In this document: positions 35,986 to 48,384 of the stretch, piece after piece
Position numbering within the stretch: the stretch's first letter is position 1
Layout of the letters: each line of letters starts with the position of its first letter
Source of the DNA: Macrostomum lignano
Lineage: Eukaryota
Length of the DNA stretch: 64,000 bases
Direction of reading: 5' to 3'
Assembly: GCA_002269645.1 (NCBI GenBank)
Contig: NIVC01003583.1
Location: forward strand, 24,575-88,574
Program-made: the position numbers and the translations under genes
The notes under the pieces: model-generated
What the model was told of the DNA's origin: nothing
Databases searched by the model: none
What the model saw: the letters and a program-made list of their open reading frames with translations, nothing else

Positions 35986-36443
35986 CACAGACACTTAAAA
36001 TAACTAGATAGGCCACTCAGCACATTGTAAACTACTTTGAATTCAGTAGTAAGTTAAACAGAAGCATTTTTATGTATTATTAAAGCCGAGGCTAATTTAT
36101 TGACATCCCACCCAATAAATGAAACCCTTATAAACCCTCCCTCCAAGAGCGCTTTCCACACTACCCTCGCACTGCCCCAATTTTTATTTCCTTTCTCGAA
36201 ATTCCAGCCTAAAGCTGCCATGTACGTTTCAGTGGACTGGCTAATGTACATTATTGCTGAACCAATTAGCAAGAGTGCCCATGCTTTATACACCTGCAGG
36301 CATGGGCACCTACTAAAGTCATTTCAGTTGATTTACTTAAAAAATAGTTTATGCTTTCTTATTTGCTACTGAACTGACAGTAGAAAGCTGTTTTGCTAAG
36401 TATATATGCCTGAGTGGCTCATCTAGTTATTCTAGTATCTGTG
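35986..36443. mobile_element. MITE of the CACAG-ended family, inserted just 3' of the copy 3 stop codon
   Basis: TIRs cacagacacttaaaataactagataggccactcag / ctgagtggctcatctagttattctagtatctgtg; interior is the reverse complement of 28574-28996; copies 1 and 2 have the empty site (about 1105-1115 and 17205-17215). Confidence 0.85.
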
Positions 36444-36573
36444 CTCGGATACAACAAAAAACACATGACAAGACAAAGCAAAAAAGATTTCCCCACCTCC
36501 TTCTGCATCGCGCTACACGCGCAAACCAGTTGTCTGCAGAAAAACAAAGCCAACTCCAAGTCACTCACTCGAG

Positions 36574-39500
36574 TCATTCGGCAAACTCGGACGAGACGCA
36601 CCGTTCGACGCCCTCCGCTCCCTGCAGAGCCCGCGCTGCCAGCTCCGCTCCGAAGACCTCAGACGGAACCCGCGGTCGGCTGCGGTCGCTCGGGTAGCGA
36701 CAGTCGTCCACCATGGCGCCCGCCAGGTCGGCAACGTGACCGGCCAGGCTGCTCTGCAGGTCGCTGCTCGAGACGCAGCTCAGATGCTGGCTCAGCTGGT
36801 GGCTGCGCTCGATGGGCTGACCCTGTCTCAGCAGCAATGCCTTCAGCGCCTTCTCAGTAGCCTGCCAGCTGATGTAGCAGGCCCAGTTGTACTCTCCGGC
36901 CTCAGCCAATCGCGCAGCCGAGCGCAGGTCGTGCCGCGCCGTCTTCAGGTACCTCGCCGCATCGTCAGGCGACGGTTTGGCAAAGTTTGCGCCACCTGAA
37001 CTGCAGAAAAAGCTGGCAGAACCGCCGCCTCTCGAACTGCCAGACCGGCCAGGGTAGCGGAAAGCGCAGCCACCGCCGCCGCCGCCACCGCTCCAGCCTC
37101 CTCCTCCGTAGCTTCTTGATCGCATGGTGACGACAACTTCCTCTGCGATGAGAATCTGTCGGTACCTGGTAACCGAGTTGTCTGCTCGCGCCATCCACCA
37201 ATGCACTGATCGAACTGTCGGGTCCATCCATGATTAGCAGCGCGCGTTCGCACCTGGTTTAATGACTCATCCGAGTTCGAGTAGTGAGCCAGTATGCGCT
37301 GAAAAATCTGGCGCTGCTGCTCGGTCGGCAGAGAAGCTGCGCTGCTCAGCAGATGATCCACCGTTGTTGCAATGTCCTCACCATTATTTTGGTTAGCTTG
37401 GGCGAAAGACCGCTCTTCAAAGGAGAACAGCGCAGACATTGAAACTCGTAGTTTCGAACCTTCACCGATTTTAATAGTAAACTCGCTAGTCCACGGGTTA
37501 TCGCTGCCACCAGGGTGTCTTTCCACTACCCGAGCGTAAACAAGTCTTCCATCGTCATTTCTGTAAGCCACAATTTGGTTCACAATGTCCCTTGGTCTAT
37601 CTGGCAGTTGCTTCAGTAGACACTGCTCAAACTCCGGTACAGGTTCACCGAGCACTGAGTCATCGGTTGCGCTTGGCTCTGCAAACTGCTGCTCACTGGT
37701 CTGGTGCAGTGCAATTCCTAGTCCGCGCAGAACGGCCAGCATGCTGTCTGGACTGTCCATAAGAAGCACCTGAATCAAATAACTTTTCTGCTCTGGCAAA
37801 ATGTTGACACCGTAATTCAAAATCTGCATTATAATTTTGATAAAGTCCATCTGCCAGAGCTGCCTTCGGTCACCGCTCATCTCGTCCGGAATCGTAGAGT
37901 GATTCATGAGAATCCGCTGCCCATCCAGAAAGAAGTTCTTGTCCTGTTCCGAGTCCTGCTGCTCGACACCATCCAGCAGCAGACACGTGCGCAACTCGGA
38001 AAGACACACTACCGAGAAGCGAGATATCAAGATTTCACTGCAGCCAGTCGCTCGTCTCCTTTGCCAGAAAGATCCTTGTTTCCATGCAGCATGATGCTTA
38101 CGATGCACAGGTGCAGCATTGGGTGGCTCAACTTAGCTTGCAGACCGAGTAGGGTCTCACAGCGCTCACCATCGCTGCAAAACTTATTGGTGTCTGAAAG
38201 CAGCCTCTCGCTTACGTTGTCGCTCAGTTTCTTCAGGCCCATGTCGGCTGCGAGATGAAAGTACAGCCTCTGAAGCTTGTCAGTGCCCAGCTTGCAGAAG
38301 CTCAGATCAAGGAACTGTACATCCTGTGCATCCACCAATCGATTGTTGTGCGCCTCTGAGTCGTTGATGGTCAGACACCTGCAGTCCACCAGTTCGAAAG
38401 CGGCTTCCGTGCTGCTGTCTTGATGCTGACTTCTTTTAGGCAGGAAGAGCACTCTGTCGGACTCGAACTGGAGCCTGCCGCCCCGCTCCAGCAGAACTAT
38501 GATACTCGATAGACAGTGCGACACTGACTTCAGTTGCTCTGCGCGAAGCGAGCCTTGTTGCTCATTCCGAATCAGTTCCAATGCAAGTCGAAGTTGCTCG
38601 ATTGTGGCAGACTCTGTAGCTCCCAGTTTTGCAAACAGCTTGCGGAACTGTGAAAATTCTTGAGGACACTCGTGAATGTAAGGCAGAATAGCAGAGTTTT
38701 TATCTTGAGTAATTCTGCCAGCTGATACAAAAAATGATTTATAGCCTTCGGTTTTGATTAGCACACACGGAATATCTTTCAGAAATAGAATTGACTGAAC
38801 TGCTGTAGAATTCATAATGGTACTCAATCTTGAGTACACGGAATTCATGACATCGCTTCTCAGTGTTGCAACTTCGCCTCGAAGATCAGCTGACGTGAAG
38901 GTCGCTGCAGAGAAAAGGTTGACAACGTGGCGCAGAAAAATGGCATCAGAAACTGGCATCACTGAGCTTGCAAAGCAGCTGCCCTGGCCAACACAGCTCG
39001 GTCCGTAGGGCATGGCAGTCCAGCACAGGAAGCGAGCTTCGAACAGGGCGCACTGGGACAGACTCGCCATTCGAATTCGATCGCTCTGACAAAGGCTCTG
39101 AAGAGCGCCGTCGCTGTTGGCTACAATAAATTGAATTCCTGCCAGTTGTCGGACTACAGATTCAGTTCTGTCTTTGCGGAACTCATAGCTGTCGATAAAC
39201 TTGAGCAGAGCTTCCGATTTCCTAGATAACTCATCTGTGATACCAATGGCTCCTTGCGTTTGCAGTTCACTGGCAAAGCTGATGGCAATTGGAGCCGTGC
39301 ATTCCAAGATCAGACCGGAAAATTTCATCAGCTTTCTCCATCGCTCTTCATTGTACGGCGTTGGCAAGAAGCATTGTGGCTGAAGAAACTTTTTGAAAAT
39401 TTCAACATTTCCATCATAAAACGTGTTGACGCTCCACCATTGTCCGTCAAACGGAATGAGTTTGGCTGCCCTGAGAGACTGACTGAGCATTTGAAACTTG

Positions 39501-42500
39501 TCAGGGTTCTTCACTTTAACCCTTTCGAAATCCCAGCTCAGCTCGCAAAGTTTTTCGAGATGCTTTTTTCGAGTGTCGTCGGTGAACTTGGAGAACACTG
39601 GCAGGATAAACCTCGCATAAACCTCAAGCTCTGCCATCTCGTCGCATTGAAGCTTTTCGTACAGCATCGTGAGAGACCGGTTTGCCTTCAAGAAGATGGC
39701 CCGGCTGGAGCTCTTCCACTCGTCCATCTCATCGGCCACGAGCGATGCCGGCAAGATACAGGCCTGCTCAGACTTGAGCGCGCAGCAGCGACCGTCAGAA
39801 GTGACAAACACCGGTAATTGACGCACTCTTGCAAGGAGGTTCTGCTCTCCCATTCTCTTACTTAGCTCTCCCCAGTTGTTCTGAATGTACACCAAAAAGC
39901 TCACAGCCTGCTTCTCAGTGGTCGCAGATCTCTCAGCGTTCTCATTTAGAGCGAACTCCATCACTCTCAGCATGGACTCGGGCTGTCTGACGTTGCCACA
40001 TAGACTGCCGACCAGCTTCAAGCCCGTCATGCTGAGCGAGGGAGCGTTGAGCTGCTGCAGAGACTCCTCGACTGCTTTGCTGCAGTCATCGAGACCGATT
40101 TTGATTGGCTCATAAATACAGGGCGCCAGTGAGAGGCTTGCAAAGCGCGACTGGTTTACAGGAATCAGGTGTGCGCTGCTCAGTCCTGAAGAGGATAACG
40201 TTTGCATTGGCGCATTCTTATTAGTGCATTTGTTGTCTAGAAACTCCCACACTCGATTCAACCATTGTTCGAGAAACTCAGCTTCCATTCCGAACTCTGA
40301 ATATGGTAAAAAGGCAGTGTCAGTCCTGCAGATTGCAGCATGCTCTCTGTGCAGAAGAGTGCAAAAATCCATCAGCTGAAACTTTTTGCACAGCTGTTTC
40401 TGGATTAAATTGTTTTTCTTATTTTGATCGAGCTGAAACAAAACTTTCTTGTGCACAAACTCGTGCTTTGCTTCGCTGTGTGAAAACAAGTCGTGGAATT
40501 GAGTGAGAAACAGAGGTGTCCGTCCATTGTCAAACTCAGAGAGTCGGTTTCCGGCTCCTAAATTCAAGGGCACTCCGATGAGATGCTGCACCTGCTCTTG
40601 CAGTTCATCAAGCAGATATGCGAGCAGGCTTAAAACGGCCTAACACATCCCTCGGCAACGAATCTCGAAGTTGCTTGCACGCTGGACCCCTGAGAAATGC
40701 GCAAATGGGCACGGCGTCGGCTACCGGGGTGAACTCCAGCTGGCTCGACTCAAGCGACTGACGAAGGCCTACATGATCCGGGACCATGATGGGAAATCGC
40801 AGTTTACTCAGAACGTTCTGAAGATACTCGGTCAAATTGTTCGGAGTCAGGAATGCAGCACTACCGCTGACATCACCTGAGCTCTGTGCTAGCGGCAGCC
40901 ACTTCAGCTGTTTTTCAATTACAGAGTGCACAGGGAAGATTGCCCATCGAAATCGAAAGGCGTTTTGGAAGACAAGCTTTGCATGCTGGCCCCACAGCGT
41001 CTGATTGCTTGCGTGGTACTCTGGAAGAAGGCTGTAGAAGTGGTGTACGCTCTGCACATTCGAATAAACTGCTTTCGCTGTTTCGAGTAGACCGCCATAG
41101 CTGTCAGGCAGAAGCTGAGTGGCCAGCAGTTGGTTCCATTGCTCCTTGACATCTACAGCTCCATCCGCCTTCCACAGAGATCTGCGCGATGGGTCCATAA
41201 TGAAGTGACCGTTCACGTGTACAGGAAGTGCAGTAGGCACAGGCAATGGCAGCAGACAGTAGACGTGACCTTCAATCTTGCATGCTTCAGTCATGAAAAT
41301 GGGAGCAGCGACTCCGGTCTTTGGCAGAAGACGCCACTTTCCGGAGGCCACTTGCTGCTGCAGCTGTGCGGGCATGTTGTCCAGTCGACCTCCAAGTTTT
41401 TGAAAAACGAGCCATCTTTGATTGAAATTTTTGCCAGTCCCGCTAACCGTGAGTTCGTAGGTGACCGAGCTGACTGGAATGCGACTTAACTCAGCTCCCG
41501 TGGTCTGCAGCTGTTGACTGGCAGTTTTGCACGCCTCCTTGTAGTTATCAAAGCACCCCGATACATTCTTAACTTCCAACTTGGCGGCGAAAACTGTTGT
41601 GAACTTGTTGTCAGGCCATACTTCGGAGAGTTGCACTTCACGGATATTCAAGAGAAACAAGGCAGTTCGCCCAAGTTCATTCTTGAATTCATCGAATAGC
41701 TGCTTGATGTCATCGGCACTGACCGATCGTTTGCATATTCTAGATTTCTTAGCTGAGTTTACTGTTCTCAGTGGCAGTCGAAACACGGTTCCTCCTGTGT
41801 GCGTCAAGCTCTCGGACAGTACCCCGCAAATACGTCGCGAAAAGTATCTTTCAACACTCGACGTTCTTGAACATACCTCCTGGAGAAGCCAAAGTAGCAC
41901 CAGGCATGTACCTGCAGTGCGGATCCATCATGCAGAAAATATTTCCATCGGACAGAAACGACGGCGCATCCGTGATGTTGTACACACAATTGAACCCGAT
42001 GCCGTACTGTCCAGCTTTCCATGCGTCGTCTCGCTTGGACCCGAGACCGAGCTTCTGGATGCCTTCGATGTCCGCATCGGAGAATGTCGAGTCGTTGTAG
42101 ACGAGTAGCGCGGGTCCCTGCAGCTCCTTCCAGCTGTCACTCAGCACTTTCTCGGTCCCGTGATGCCGACGATCGATGATGAAGCTGATCTTTGATGCCC
42201 CAGCATCATCCGCATTCTGAATGAGTTCCTTGAAGAGCTCGATTCCAAGCGGGTATCCGGAAATGATGTTCTGCAGTCTGGTTGTGAGGTCCTCGTGTTG
42301 GCCGAAAGGCAGAGGCTGCATCGCTTGAGCCAGCATGCTTTCTCTCTGGCTTGGAATTCCAAGCTTCTGGCACAGCCCGAAAGAGATGTTTTCGTGGCAG
42401 AAGAAGGTCTCATTTGGTAGTTGCACGGACTTCATCCAAGGCAGGTTGTTAAAGCACAGTTGTGTGCAGGGTCTCAGAATGCGGCTATGGTCGGGTGCGA

Positions 42501-45498
42501 GCAAGCTCTCAGTCGCCAAGGCTTCATCCTGACAGTGGCCGATCTGATCGAGCATTTTAAGGCTCAAATCTAGATCGCCAGGTGCTAGTGGTACCGAAGA
42601 GTAACGATGAGAAAGAAGTTTAAGCACACCTGCATAGTGCGATGCTGTGAACTTTTGATTGACTCCAGCTGCCTTAAAAAAGCTTTCGCACTGGATGCCG
42701 CTTAGTTCGGAAGGCAAAACATGAAGAAATGGTTCGAACCCGGTATCAAATCTTGACATACTAACATCAGCAGGTTCAATGAATCCTTTTGAGGACCAAA
42801 TAATATTTGGAGTCTGTTTCACCATGCTAAGGACGCTATTCCCATTGAGATAACCGGAAGAGAGTTGGGCACTGAGGTGTCGATAAACGCACCGGCTCAC
42901 TCGCAGAGTTTCTTCATTGCCAGCTCGGGTGCCGGCCAGAGCTACCAGCTGCTGCCAAGCCACCTCATTGGTGACGTGCCTCACGTTCAGAACTCCAATT
43001 TGAGCCAAAAGATCTTGTCTCTTTGATGAGGCAACATCACGCAGCACCGTCTCGTCCAAAATAAGCTGCGATGCGGATACAAGATCTTTGCAGCTGGCAT
43101 CAAACAGCTGACAAGGCTGGAAAAGTTGCGTTTTTGGATACTGATCTGAAAGCCAGACAAGGCAACTGCCGTTAGCTTTCTTCAAGGCAGGTAGAAATGC
43201 TACGTTTCTCAGCTGACTGATCGGCTGGTTTGAAAACCGAGAACGGAACGAATCCAAGTACGAAAGCAGCAACACCGTGCGCTCGGTTCTCTGAGGCTCG
43301 GAGAGCGCAGCAACTGACTGAGCGCGACTCAGCAACTCGGCCCAATTGAGATCCGCACGGAGCCCGACTGTGCGGAGCGCTTTTAGCTGATCCGGTGTTT
43401 GCAGGTCGCTGTGAGGAAAAACGCTTGCGTTCATTTCAAACAGCTTTGCAGCCTGACAGCTGGTGTCCAGAAGCTGCACAGGCTGACACAAGGCGTTTCC
43501 AACGTTAGGAATGCAATAAGACTGCTTTAGCTGATTTACAACGCTTTGAGTTACAATTCTAGAAGCGGAGCTCCAGTCTGCATTGCCGCTTCCACTAATA
43601 ACATCCAGCATGAATTTCAGCGCTCTAAAGCAGTCCTCAGAGTAGCCCAACTGCCACAAGCGAGGCATGTTCGGCACCAAATTAAGCAGCAGTGTCTCGC
43701 CCGACCACTGACGCTGCAGAATCTTGTTCGTCAGTCCCAGCTGCTCCACAGTTCGTCGAACTCCATCGGTCAACGATGCGACACCTTCGTGCTGACCCAC
43801 GAGTCTCGTGGCGAGTCGACTCAAACAATCTGAAATCCCACCCAGTGACAGGATGCTGGGATCCAGAAACACTGTGTGACCCAAACTTTTCCAGCCGGCT
43901 GATGTGTGAAAGATTGACGCCTGACCGTCAAGCAGGGAGGCGTAGAACTTCTCAATAAGCGGCCTCCACACAGACTGAGTAGCTCTGTCGAATCGAGGCC
44001 ACAGCTCTTGCGAAATCTCTGCATTCACCAAAGACATTCCGCTTAGAATCTTCAGAGCGTCGATGTAGGCAGGACAAATGACGTCTGTGAGCAGCACTCG
44101 GTTCCACTCGCCGAGACTCCACACGCCCTGCTTCTCGTCGACCGTGACCTCGTTGAGGTGTCGTCGGCTCGAGGTGACGGAGAAGCTCGCGTTCAGCATC
44201 ACCGGAAATGGATTTTCGACAGGCAGCGGTAGGAAACAGAACAGCAGCGAGGCCGGCTGTGTGTCACGTGAAAGCGGCACGATCCTGTGAGACTGCTCGA
44301 TGGGCAGCGCCACGGCTCCCACAGGCGCCAGTCCGAGACGACGCTGCTCCAACGCGACAGCGAGCGACTGCCCAGTGCCGACAGCAGCGCACACGAGCCA
44401 CACTCTGGTGGAGACGGCTGTGCTGATCTGGAACTGGTCATGAGCTGAGTCTCCAAGCTGAACCTCTACCTCGACAGTCGCTTGACAGCGATGTGCTTGA
44501 TCTCGTCCAGACCCTCCTTGAGTAGCAGATTCGATCAGAGCTTCGGCTACCTTGAGAATAGAGCTCTGAGCAGCGAACTCTTGATCCGCTTGTGACATTC
44601 CTGCTATTGGTAGCGGTGGCAGTGAAATGGCATGTCGCTGGAAATATTTGAGAGGGCTCTTGTGAACGCAGAACACGAGTTGAGTTTGATTTGAAGGATC
44701 GGTCGCATTGGACGGCAGGAACAGACACCGGAATGTTCGCACTGTCTGGGTGAACAGAAGCATAGTGTCAGCTTGCTCTGCAGCCAGTCTCAGCAAGCCG
44801 CGGATCTCTGAGTCAGAGTACACGCGATCGCAGATCTTCGACTTCGCTGCCTGAGCCTCAGTGCGCAGCGGAAGACGCAGCAGCGTGCCGGCGAAGTTTC
44901 CTTCATCCGCTTTCAGATTGCAGCCTGAGACTCCAGCGAACGGTGCAAACTGGTTGGCGTACCGATCCAGCCATCTCGGCTGTGCTTGAAAGTCGAGCTC
45001 AACTCCAGTGTCCCTGTCCCCATGACTCGCGTACACCGTCTCCAAGTAGCCCTCGCCCCTGCGCTCACCGTGCGGGTCGAGGATCAGCATGCGGTGTCGA
45101 CTGAGGATCTGCGGCACGTCAGTCAGGTTGTACACCGAGTTGAAGCCCAGACCGAAGCGACCGACCTTGGCCGTCTTCTCCAGCTTGGTGGCTCCGCTCA
45201 GCTGCAGGATGTTGTCGAAATCCTCGTCGCTGAAGGTGGCGTTGTTGAAGGCCCACAGCGCCCGTCCCTGACAGTCGGCCATCGCCGGATCGAGCAGCGA
45301 CTCGGAGCCGCGCCAGTCGGAGTTCTCGCGACAGTCGTAGAGCAGCGTGACCTCGGTGGCGCCCGCGTCGTCAGCGTTCTGCAGCAGCTCCTTGGGCACC
45401 GCCAGACCGTCAGAGTACTCGTCGAGCAGTCGCTTGAGTCGTCGGGTGAGCGGCTCGGACTGTCCGCGCAGACGCAGGCCGTCGGAGGTCTGGGCCAT
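36574..45498 (-). CDS. SACS: Sacsin-like protein copy 3 (about 2,975 aa if frameshifts are corrected)
   Basis: ORF pieces 41851-45552 (Met at 45498), 40608-41900, 38027-40591, 36945-38108 and 36574-37227; both ATPase repeats intact. Breaks are 1-nt losses (about 41850, 41812, 38030, 37172) plus a net deletion of about 23 nt near 40640. Confidence 0.88.
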
Positions 45499-47664
45499 TC
45501 TGGAGGCCTGTGCGTAGGATTTTTGAGGGCTTGAACTGTGATTGAAGTACATGAGAATGCATGACTTGCATGCACAGGTTTGCGCTATCGGGCATTGTGT
45601 TGGAAACCCTAATCTTCTTTTTAGTCGTTGTCCAACAAACTTTTGCTATTTGACGCGTTTAGTCTGTTCGATTCAAAATAATGATTGATAAAGTAACATG
45701 TCTGTGTGATTTTAATGCTGTCAGTTAATTTTTACGGGTGTACGAGCGTACGTATATTAGCTGACCGATTCTAAGAAGGTTTTCAGACCATCTCTTTGGA
45801 GAAACCTTTCTGTCTGTGCAGAATTATAAGTTAATTTATTCAAAACGACTTTGACAATCTCGGTTTAGTTCTAAACCTGAAAAGTCTTTAAACTGACATT
45901 ACTGATAAAAAAATATGAGCTGCAGCTTATTATTTGTGCAGCAGAAAAGTTCAAAGAAAGGTTTTCGTATAAAATCCAGCCACGAATAAAAAGGCCTTCA
46001 ATATCGCAACTTTTTCAAAGTCTACTCTCCTACAGTGCGGCTGCTCCGCCTTCTGGTTGGAAAGCGAAAATCTGCCATTTTACTGCTACGAGTATTTTAC
46101 GAGTACTTCAGTAGCACACAGGCACGCTTGTAGGCAAAGAAAGAAGCTCACGACACCACTGCCCAAGTAGAAAAGAACAAAGAGCTCTGAGTTCTGACTC
46201 GAAAGTGCCCTGCGCAAACAAAGTACTGAACAAAGAGTAGACACTTGTACATGCCTAGCGATAAAATAAAGTTAGGGCCGCTGTACACTCCTGTGTGAGT
46301 GTGTGCCTGCGTACGTTTCCGCGCGCTTGTATGCCTGCTCAGGGGAGTCGGCGGAATGGGCAGTAATGCCTCTCGCCGGTTGTGTGCCTATGTCGCTTAA
46401 AGTGCGCCAGGGTGCACACAACCCCCTGCCTCTAATAAAAAGAGTAGACACTTTGAGTCGTGATTGGAGAAAAATAGCATTTATTTGTTGGCCTGGGCCG
46501 CCATTGTATTGGTTCTGAACTCTGAGCTCTGAATTCTGATTTCCCGCCTGTGATCTTATTATACTCTACAGTTAGATTTCTTACCATTTCATTTGAATTT
46601 GAACTGAACTTCAGCCAGAATCTACATGCTATATTGCTATATACGAGTACTTACATTTACATACGAGCACATACTTACACACTTACAATAGCACACAAGC
46701 TCCAAATTGAACAATTTTTGTAGGAGTGTCAAAGTTATTAGTGCGCCAGAGGCAAGGCTACATTTAGATATCCCCTTTTTGCTTTTCCCATAACACGCCA
46801 GGGTACTACGAAAGATTTGAAGCCCATAGTTCGTGTCATTTTATTTTAGAGGGAAGTAGGCCCCAGAGACCAAGAAATAGTTCAACTAGGCTGTGTTGTA
46901 TCTCTAATAGATAATCGGCTTAGCTTAATAATCCGCTCAGTCGCGGTGGCCGTCTTCAGTATATTTGCATACGGTTACAGTCACGCGTATAATTGTCTAT
47001 GGCCAAAGCCACACAAACCAAGGCTGGGGATACACCAGACTGCACTTTGGACGAAAAAAGCGGGACTTAAACTCCATTGAAAACTGGCACGTGGCGCCGC
47101 TCTCCCACCCCAACACGAGGTTAGATGTGGAAGCTCGCTCACTTGTCACTCCAGATTCCGGGGTTGCTTGAGTTTGGGAAACGGTCTCTTGGAAAAGTTA
47201 TTTGATAGCTGACAGCAGCTGTTATTGGATTGTGATTTAAGAGACAAGACTGCACAGTGCAATGCATCATTATCTGCAATACTATCTTTGTCATTGCTTT
47301 GCAGAGAAGCAATGAAAAACTGGGGGGGGGGGTAGGAGGGTGACTAATTTATTTAATTGTACACCACTGAATATGCAAAAAGCACACATAGCATCATGCG
47401 CTTGGTGCCCAAGACCCCGCCCCCTGCTACAGTCTATACGTTTCTACTCGCTCTACTTTGTTTACCTGCTCTTTCCTCCCAGTCCCCTATCCCCTAAGTC
47501 CTTGGTTAGCACAATTGCCACCATAGCGCAAAATGGGGGAAGAGCTTCTCACAGTCCACTGATGCTATTTCTAGAAGCCTCTTGAGAGTACAGTTATTCA
47601 GCTGCCTTTGTATTGGTGCAGTGCATGCTCATCTTATGATGTATTAATATTTATTAGGTTACCC

Positions 47665-47872
47665 CACAGATAGATGGGCCACTGGCGTGTATATATACTT
47701 TGTAAAACAGCTTTCTACTTCTAGAACTTCTAGTTAAGTAGCAAAGAAGAATACATAAAGCTATTTTTTATAAAAAATAAAGGCAGCTAAAATGACTTCG
47801 ATAAGTTTAGAAACCCAAGCTTGCAGGCGTAATAGACAGCTTGCTAATTGGTTCAGCAATAATGTACATTGG
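47665..47872. mobile_element. Truncated copy of the CACAG-ended MITE
   Basis: cacagatagatgggccact...gtaaaacagctttctactt...gctaattggttcagcaata.tgtac matches 28574-28780. Confidence 0.7.
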
Positions 47873-48059
47873 CCATTTCAGAACATGTGAAGCCACACGA
47901 AAGACTTTTTGAACAAAAAATTGCTGCCCCAGAAAAAAGCATTGATAACAGACATCGAAGAGTTCTCGGCAACAGTGATCAGTGACCATTGACACGTGCA
48001 AACGCTTCATTGATCACATTTATGCGGTTATCACTGCTAAAGCTATCGGTAGGGATTAA
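47873..48059 (+). mobile_element. Degenerate IS630-Tc1-mariner-type transposase C-terminal fragment
   Basis: Translates PFQNM*SHTKDFLNKKLLPQKKALITDIEEFSAT, then (removing a 7-bp cagtgat duplication) VTIDTCKRFIDHIYAVITAK. This resembles the NPIENLW..LK...K.EL...I..FW..V....C..YI.H tail of DDE_3 transposases. Recognised by eye only. Confidence 0.55.
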
Positions 48060-48384
48060 AAAATCCAAGAATTTTTGCCTAGGTGTATGTAGCTCTCAAC
48101 TCAATTGCAGAAAACTACCTGGCTATCAGGCTATTGATTTCTCGGTTGCTTTGTTCGATTTGACTCGAACAGAAGGAGTCTTGAGAAGTTCGAAGAGTCT
48201 TGCATTGCCAAAGTGGAAACAAAGTGGATGGGGTGGAGATGGGACGGGTACACCTAGGGAACGAGAAAGACGCAGCTTCTGTTGCTTACTCATTGGCTGC
48301 TCAAAAGAATTTCCGCGGAATTCCTTTGATGCTCCGCAAAGAATTGTGATTTTTCCGTGCACCCAACTGTAGATAGCAGACCCC

